From the IMG/VR virus record IMGVR_UViG_3300027798_000043: a stretch of 64,000 bases of DNA; one strand, 5' to 3'. How positions within the stretch are numbered: the first letter of the stretch is position 1; each line of letters opens with the position of its first letter. The notes beneath the pieces were generated by a model. That model had not been told where the DNA came from, did no database searches, and was given only the letters and a program-made list of their open reading frames with translations. The position numbers were made by a program, and so were the translations under genes. Shown in pieces: positions 20,297 to 28,800 of this stretch. This DNA is from an uncultured virus (IMG/VR IMGVR_UViG_3300027798_000043) (taxonomy: Duplodnaviria; Heunggongvirae; Uroviricota; Caudoviricetes; Crassvirales).

Positions 20297-21375
20297 TGAT
20301 GGTGTTTTTAATACAAAATTTAATTTATAATTCTATTGCTGAACCCGTAATGCAACATGCTACTATGGTTGTTGCCGGGATTGTTGGTGGTGCTGCGTCT
20401 GTTGTTACTGGCCTTATAGGAATGGGTTCTGCTAAAAAAGCAAGACGATCAGCTGAAAGAGACGCTAGGGCAAGACAAGCAGAGTTAACCGCATTAGAGA
20501 ATAATAGGCAAGCAATTATCAATCCTTACGCCGGGGTTAAAGACTTAAGCGGTTTAGCTAAAGATTTGTCTGGTATGATAAGTAATCCTTATGCTAATTT
20601 AGGTGTTGCAACACAGGCATCTAAATTCCAGGCAGAGCAAACTGACATGGCTTTAGCATCGTCATTAGATACATTAAGAGAAACCGGAGCAAGTGCTGGA
20701 GGAGCAACTGCATTAGCACAGGCGGCTTTGCAATCTAAACAAGGTATATCCGCTAGTCTTGAACAACAAGAAGCAGCAAATGAAAAACTAAGAGCGCAAG
20801 GTCAACAGCAACTTGAACAGATACAAATGTCTGAAGCAGGTAGAATTCAAGGTGTTCAAATGTCAGAAGCAGGTAGAATGCAAGAAGCAGAAGTTGCTGG
20901 TAAACAATTTGTATTTGGACAACAAGAAGCAAGAGAAATGCAGAAAATGGATAGAGTTGCTGGGCAATTAAGTGGAGCACAGGGAAGAGCAGCTCAAGCA
21001 AGAGCGGATCAAACAGGTGCATTAACTGGAATGATTGGAGGTATAACATCTACGATAGGATCAATGGCTAGTTCTGGAGCGTTTAAAGGCGGCGGCGGTG
21101 GTACAAACACCGGTCAATTTAAAGCCTCAAACTATGATGTGCCTATGACAAGACCTGGTTCGGATAGAAGGTTAAAAAATAACATTAGTAAAATAGGAAA
21201 ATCACCGAGTGGATTGAGTATTTATTCTTTTGAATATAATGACAAAAAATTTGGAGAAGGAATTTGGCAAGGAGTAATGTCAGATGAAATACCGGCGATA
21301 GCGGTAATAAATCATGAGGATGGTTTTGATAGAGTTGATTACTCTCTATTGGATGTAGAATTTAAACAAATATAA
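20296..21375 (+). CDS. Internal virion/ejection protein with C-terminal S74-like chaperone domain
   Basis: G/A-rich hydrophobic N-terminus, Q/A coiled coil, then SDRRLKNNI...IYSFEY...GVMSDE...VDYSLL. Confidence 0.65.
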   Translation: MMVFLIQNLIYNSIAEPVMQHATMVVAGIVGGAASVVTGLIGMGSAKKARRSAERDARARQAELTALENNRQAIINPYAGVKDLSGLAKDLSGMISNPYANLGVATQASKFQAEQTDMALASSLDTLRETGASAGGATALAQAALQSKQGISASLEQQEAANEKLRAQGQQQLEQIQMSEAGRIQGVQMSEAGRMQEAEVAGKQFVFGQQEAREMQKMDRVAGQLSGAQGRAAQARADQTGALTGMIGGITSTIGSMASSGAFKGGGGGTNTGQFKASNYDVPMTRPGSDRRLKNNISKIGKSPSGLSIYSFEYNDKKFGEGIWQGVMSDEIPAIAVINHEDGFDRVDYSLLDVEFKQI

Positions 21376-21378
21376 TAA

Positions 21379-22791
21379 ATGGGAGCATATTCAAATCCAC
21401 AAGAAGTATTAGATACTCAAACAGGGCAATATTTTCAAAATCTTCAAAGTACAATAACACAAACTGTTGCCGGTATTGCACAATCTTATTCTGCTAGACA
21501 AGCACAATTAAAGAAAGAACTAGAAGCAAATAAAAAAGAATTACTAGCAAATCAATTAAGCGTTGACGAGGGTAATCTAAAACTATATTCTGAAATAGAT
21601 AAAGCATCAGCTGGTAAGCAAGGTGTAGATTTCCATGTTCCATTGGATCCGCTTGTTAAAGAGTACGGAGAATTAAATATGTCTTTACAAACTGGAGCAG
21701 CGCCTAACAGGAGCCAAACTTTACAAAGAATGGCAAAAATAAGGTCTTCTATTTCTTCAGCACAAAATGATATTGCAACCATAGGTTCTTTTGGAGAGTC
21801 GTTTGATAAAAATAGTGCTAATATTGGGAATATGGGAGGCTTATCAGCTAGCAATGACCCAACTATGGTTATGGCTATGAAAGTGTTAACCGGCAAAGCA
21901 AAAGGTACAACTTCATTTGAGGTTAATAAGGAAGATCCAAATATACGTACTTGGGTAATAAAAGGAGAAGTTGGGGGTAAACCGTTTACACAAAAAATTG
22001 ATGGAAATCAATTAAACAGTATGAACGAACAAGGTGGCGGTCCATTCGTTTACATACCAAACAAGATGGACGATATTGATCAAAGCAAGCTTAATAGTGG
22101 AGCTTATGTTGTAGATACGAAGCAAGATGCCAAAGGGAATGCAATTAGATCATTAGGTTTAATTGATGAAAAATTTTTAGGTAAAGAAATATTAATTGAT
22201 AGCCCAGATAGAATAACAGGTAAAACTGTTAAGCAAGTTTATAGAGAAGTGGATAAAGTAAATATAAAACCTTTGCTGGCAATAGAAGCAAATAAACAAT
22301 CAGCCGGTATGTTAGCAGATACTAGATCAGCTTCTGCTTGGTATAATGAAGTATATGCAAAAGGTAAAAATGATTTTTGCACACCGTTAGACTTAGCCGC
22401 TCCTGATGGCAAGCAAAGGTTTCAAGATGCTTATTTGCAGTACATCGTTGATACAATACCAGATAAGCAAGCAGTAATGACGCCTGATAATAATATTGCT
22501 ACAGTTACAGATGTGGAAGCAAAGCCAACTAAGACAAGAAGTGCAGGCGGCGCTGCAAAAACAGGTAGACCTACAAAAGCATTATTTACGGAACAAGAAA
22601 TAAGTGATTATAAAAATGATTATAGCGATTTAGTATCCGGCAAAATAGAAGCAATTGATTTACCAGTTAGAGGTAAAGGCACAATGCGTTTTGAATTTAA
22701 TGATGGTAAAGTGCAAATGGTTAGAGCAGACGGTACTGTATTGAAAGATCGTGTAACAGGAGCTCAGTTCAGATCATACTTAGGTAAATAA
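21379..22791 (+). CDS. Putative internal virion (ejection) protein
   Basis: 470 aa, MG.Y.NP start, lies between the small ejection protein and the giant protein. Confidence 0.55.
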   Translation: MGAYSNPQEVLDTQTGQYFQNLQSTITQTVAGIAQSYSARQAQLKKELEANKKELLANQLSVDEGNLKLYSEIDKASAGKQGVDFHVPLDPLVKEYGELNMSLQTGAAPNRSQTLQRMAKIRSSISSAQNDIATIGSFGESFDKNSANIGNMGGLSASNDPTMVMAMKVLTGKAKGTTSFEVNKEDPNIRTWVIKGEVGGKPFTQKIDGNQLNSMNEQGGGPFVYIPNKMDDIDQSKLNSGAYVVDTKQDAKGNAIRSLGLIDEKFLGKEILIDSPDRITGKTVKQVYREVDKVNIKPLLAIEANKQSAGMLADTRSASAWYNEVYAKGKNDFCTPLDLAAPDGKQRFQDAYLQYIVDTIPDKQAVMTPDNNIATVTDVEAKPTKTRSAGGAAKTGRPTKALFTEQEISDYKNDYSDLVSGKIEAIDLPVRGKGTMRFEFNDGKVQMVRADGTVLKDRVTGAQFRSYLGK

Positions 22792-22822
22792 AACAATAAA
22801 TAACTAGTTTAAACAAAACAAT

Positions 22823-25800
22823 ATGTTTGAATATCTACTCCCTGATGGGACCGCGTTGCCAGAGAACGAAGTAATAAAACTGGCTAAAGATTCTTTTACT
22901 GATATTAATACTTATATTAAGAAAAATAAACTTACTTTAAGACCTAAGCAAAAGAAAGTCGAGGCTAAAAAAGAAGTTGTAAAACCAGTAGTTGTTGAAA
23001 AGCCAGTTGCCGCTGAAAAGCCAATAGTTGAAAAAGTTAAACCTGCTCCTATTGAAAAATTTAATGCAAAGCAATTTGCAAAAGATTTAGGGGCTTCTAA
23101 AGGTGAAGGATTTTATACTAAAGGAGAAAGGAATATTGAAAAAAGCGGTATAAAAATAAAACAATTAGAAGATAAAACAGTACAAGATGTATTTGATAAT
23201 TTTAGCGATTTATCATATACTAATTTATCTCCAGAAGAAAAAAATACTATAGACGACAGGTCTGTTGAATTATTATCTAAAAAATATAAAGTAGGCGAAG
23301 ATTATAGTTTATCTAGTAATGACATAGAATTAAAATCAAAGGAATTATTAGCTTTAGCATCGAAAAAAAAGAAAGCAATTGAAGGGGAAACTTATGGCGA
23401 AAGGATATTAGATGCTACGGCGGCTGGGCTTAATTATGCCGGCGAAATGTTTGCTTCAATGCCTGAAACTATATATCGCGTTTTTGCATTGCCCCAAAAT
23501 GCTATAAGCATGATGACCGGAAATAAAGAGCTAGAAGCAAGTCCTGAAAAACTAAAAGCCGATACAGGTATTACTAATCCAATAATGGATTATTTTATTG
23601 ATGAAAGAAATAGACTCGGTAAAAAGAATGAAATATATGACAATGCCAATTACGATTCTACTAGCATTGCCACAAATCTACAAGATGGAAATTATACTGA
23701 CGCTTTTAAGTTACTAGGCTCAGGCTTAGCTGAGAGCGCTCCTATTAGCGTTGGGCTTATGATGGGTGGGGCGGAAATGGGTATTGCCAAAGCAGCAGCA
23801 TCTAGCACAGCGTTATTCGCAGGTCCTAATGTAAGAGAACAAAAAGAAAAAAAATTAGACGACTCCGAATTAAGTACAGTATTAAAAGGATTTGGTATTG
23901 CTGGAGCAGAAGGCGTTTTTAGTGCCATAGGCGAAGGAAGTCTTGGTAAAGTATATAAAGATATAATTAAAAGAGAAGGAGCCGACGTAGGATCAAAAAT
24001 ATTCAAGGACGGTCTTGTTGTTGCTTATCAAACAGCTTTAAAAAAATACGGCGCTCCTGCCGCAATGCTTGGAGAAGGATTAGAGGAAGTGGCTACTACT
24101 GTAACCCAAAACTTAATTAATGAAAAGCCAGCTTTTGAAGGGGCAATGGATTCCTTTATTGCAGGCGTTGGAGGCGGCGCTGTTTGGGGTGCTCCTGTTA
24201 ATATAGCCAAAGCTACACAAGGTTTTAAAGACGGTGTTACTGTTCATCAAATAAATAAAACTTTAAAAGATCAACCAGTTAAAACAATAAAAGATGTATT
24301 TAATCCGAATACGCCTATTACAAATGCTCAAGTAAATATATCATTAATACCTAATTCATATAAAATACTAAATAGTCAATTAGATATTGCCCAAAATACT
24401 GATGAGATTACCGGAGAAGAAGCCGATGCCATAAGAAAAGAGTTTGCCGGAACGTATTACGCTGCAAATAAATTAAAAGAATTAAAACTAAACGAAGATA
24501 ATAATACTAAAATTGCTAATTTATTAAAAGAAAGAGGAGCACTTAAAGCAAAAGTAGACGCTGTTAATGATCCAACCCTAACTACAATACAATCTAATAG
24601 AATAAAAGAACTAAACGTAGAAATAGAAGGTGTTATTAAGGATAATGCAAAGACTGAAATTGAGAAAGGTATTGCTCTATCTGAAAAAAGTATATTAGAA
24701 ACTGGTGAAAAAGTTTATGAAAAACCATTAGGAACAGGTAAAAGTTTTGAAGTATTTGACACGGCAGAAGAAGCTCAAGGCGCTTATGATAAATGGGCAG
24801 AAGAAAACGGTAAAAAATCTGAAGATATAAGAGAATCTGATGGATTCAAATTGCCAAATGGGCAAATGTTAATAAATAAAGAAAGAGCTATTGAAGTAAC
24901 TGCTTTAAATGTTGCCCCTCACGAATTGCTGCATAATATCATTGATAACGAATTTACTGAACCGTCTAAAGCTGAGGAGTTAAAAAACAAATTCTTAGGC
25001 ACATTAAGTAAAGCGGAAAGAGAAAAATTAGATATAAGGATATTAGCAGAAGACAGCAAAGGAAATAGACTTTATGATGATGAGTATTTAAAAAATTCAC
25101 CAGGTGAATATGCCACTCAATTTTTTGAGTTAGTAAGAAATGGCGATATTAAATGGAGTGATAATGTAAAAGAATCTTTAATAAGAATGTGGAAAGGCAT
25201 ATTTAAACCTATATTTGAAAAGTACGGTTATAAAAATATTGAATTTACAGATGGTAGAGATATTTATAATTTTATTAAAGATTATTCAAAATCAATAGAA
25301 AAAGGAACTTTATCCACAAGAGCAAAGAAACTTTTAAAACAAGGAGAAGGAGTTTCTGGTGTAACATCTTTTTCAAAATCAGCAGATTTAAAAGTTGAAT
25401 TAGAAAAGTTATTAGGAAAAGAAGATGACTTTGATGATCCGCAAGAATTCGATGATTTAGTTGCCAACTTAGAATTTAAAATAAAGTCAGCAATTAGAGC
25501 GGAAGAAAAAGCTCCCGTTACAGAAGCAAAAACTGAAAAACCTAAAACAATAGTCACTGAAGAAGAGATTGTTAAAGAAATTATTAAAAACGAAAAGGGA
25601 ACTATATCTTCTGACAAAGTTCAACAAATATACAGCGCTAAAGGAAAAGAAGGAGCAGATGAAATAATAAAATTGTTTAAGCCTATAACCGCAAAAATAG
25701 TAGATAAACGTAGAGATGCGCCTGGATTTGACAAAGAATTACTCACCGATGAAATAGAAAGCGGGAAAGGTGGCATATTAGATTTAATAATGAAATATGA

Positions 25801-28800
25801 TCCTAATAGTGGAGTTCCATTAGCGGCTTATATTAATAAATATTTGCCAGTTAGAGCAATTACATCGTCTAGAAGGGTATTAGAATCCAATTTTACTAGT
25901 GATGTTGAAGCAGAAGTTAATGTAAGAGCTACAGAAACTGCTGATCAAGGAATGACAGTTAATGCTCCTGAAAAACCTAAATATAAAAATGCTTTAGAGT
26001 CAAATATTCTTGAACCTAAAGTTTTAGAAAATGTTACTAATAAAATTATAAGCACTGTTCGATTATTAAAAAGCCGCATAGATGCTCCTGTTACATTAAA
26101 TAGAACTGTAACTCCGCTTATTGCAGAGATACGTGACGAAATTGGAAAACAGTTGGACATTGATATAAAAACAATGTTAGGTGGCAAGAAAGACGGTGCG
26201 CTTAGAAAAGAACTTTTAAAAGCTAAGCGTTATATTCTAGAGAATATGACTACTACTTGGTTAATGGGTAAAGATGGACAAGGTGGTATACCGCAAGCAA
26301 TACAAAAACGTATTGACGGACAGTGGGTTAGTTTTCCTAATTGGGCAGGACAAAAAATAGATCGTGAAGCAATGTCTACTGATTTAGCAGGAAGAACTTC
26401 TGGTGCCGAATTAGTTAGAAGATTGCCTAATGTATTCAATAACGTTTCTAATGAAGAATTTTTAGCGCAAATAATTGGACCAGATGGTAATCCTATTAGG
26501 GGTAGAAAAGAATCTATTTCTAAGGCTATGGCTGAAGAAGTAGCCTTTGACATTACGAAACGTGACTTGGAAGAAGAAGGTCCAATATATGACGCTTTAA
26601 AAGCTAATCAAGAGCGTTTAGGTGTTGAGATTCTAGAAAATTTACCAGTTGTATTTGCTAAACAAGCGGATAGAGGTAATATAAAGCTCTCTAAAAGCGT
26701 AGTAAAAGGTATTAATATTTCAACAACTAAACTAGCTGAAGATATATTTAATGCTCCAGATTTGCAGTCAGAAATAAAAGTTATTAATAATTGGATAGCT
26801 AGCGACGGAAGGTCAATAAGAACATTGGCTTATACTTTATTTGGAAAAGACGATGGGCGAGCTACTAATTTAGGGTTATTTAAACAAATCATTGCTCCAA
26901 TAATAAAAGTTAATTCTAAATTTGAAGGTCTATTAACAAAAGATGCTTACAATATTAAACAAGGAGCAAGAGGTTATTCGATATATTTAGGGGAAGATAA
27001 AATACCATTATGGAAAGATACTGAATCTATAAAAAAGGATTGGAAAAATAATATTGGTGTAATAAATTCAGAAGCGATAGAGGCTACAAATAGATTAGTT
27101 GATATAGTAGACTCTTTTAAAAAGGGTAAAAAGACAGAGGACGATTTAAGGTCTTATTTTGCTGTATTGAAATTTGATCAAAGAGGATTGGCTCGTAAAG
27201 TATCAAAAGCCGGATTAGGTGTATTAGGGCTAAAAGCAAACCAAAAACCATATTTGGAACATAATGCTCCAAACTATGATATTATGGAGAAATTTGTTGA
27301 TTACTTTAATAAAAAAATTACTGAAAAACAATTAAGAAAATTTGTTGAAAATTCAAAAGTAAATTTAGTACCTGTTGAACTAAATAATTTTTTACCTGCG
27401 TATAAAGAAGGCATGAATAGAATGCATGCTCCAAAGGTTGTTTTATATCTTCAGGGATTAATAGATAAAGGCCATACTATATTAAACTTAGAAAACGAGT
27501 ATGGATCAAAAAGAAAATTTAATGCTTTAGTAAATTTAGCAAAATCAAATGTAAACTCAGACGCTAATATAAATAATGCTAATAATATAAATGCAGTTGC
27601 TAATTCTCCAACTTTTTCAAAAACACCTAAAGGAATATCTGTTTTTGATTTTGATGATACTGTAGGATTAACAAAGGGTAGTGTGCTATACACAATGCCT
27701 GGTGATCTAATGGTTTACCATGGTGCACCAAAAGGTAAAGACGTAACTAAGATTAGCGATAAAGGGGTTAAGTTCTTTGCTACTGATAAGCGTGAAGCTG
27801 ATGAGTATGCTCGTATGAACTCAGGTGTTACTCAAGAGTTTTTAATAAATGAGTCTGACTTAGTAAATGAAGATGCTATTATTGAAAAAATTAATGAACT
27901 AGGATTAAAGCCAAAGAATAAAGAATTTGAGGCAGAAGATGCTTCTTTCTATGAATTAATAGATACTAGATTTGAAGAGTCGCTAAGTAAAGCGGATATA
28001 ACAAAACTATTTAACGCTCTCAAGAAAGACGGAATAAAAGCAATAAGTTATAGTGATGGAGCACAGGTAAGTGGCAGATCTACAACCAGTATTGCTGTAA
28101 TTGATCCGTCTATAATAGCTACTCCTAAAAAACTTAATGCAGAAGAGTTTGCTAAAAATGGATCAAAATTATTAGAGGATGGAGCTGTCTTTGATTTCTC
28201 TGAATTTAGTAAAGTTGTTGATGGCAAGCCAGGACCAATGGTTCAGAAAATGAAAAAGATGATTGACAAGTTTGGACCTAAAAACTTCTTTATTCTTACG
28301 GCTAGACCGGCAGATGCAGCGGGACCAATACATGAGTTCTTGAAGTCAATAGATATCAATATACCATTAGAAAATATAACAGGATTAGGCAACAGTACAG
28401 CTCAAGCAAAGGCTGATTGGATGGTGGGTAAAGCTGCAGAAGGATATAATGATTTTTATTTTGCAGATGATGCGCCGCAAAATGTTGAAGCTGTTAAGAA
28501 AGCATTAGAAGTTCCCGGTATAACTTCAAAAGTACAACAAGCTAAACTTAAATTTTCATTAACAACTAAACAAGTTCTTAAATGGGAACTTGATGAAGAC
28601 GGCCACAATGCTTTATTTACTGTTGGAGGAAGAAGATATTATATATCGCTTATAGACACAGGGGCGGTGTCTTACGACGATAAAACCTTAAGTACTCTAT
28701 ATGAAATAGCAGAAAAAAACGATTTAGATACAGACGAAATATTGGTCGCTAAAGACGGATCAAGCTTAAATTTAGAATTCTTAGATAGGAATAAAGGCCA

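Noticed and set aside
27647..27661. DFDD as a crAss-like virion RNA polymerase active site
   Set aside because: Reads DFDDT (HAD motif I DxDxT) with downstream HAD motifs; no DxDxD/NADFDGD seen
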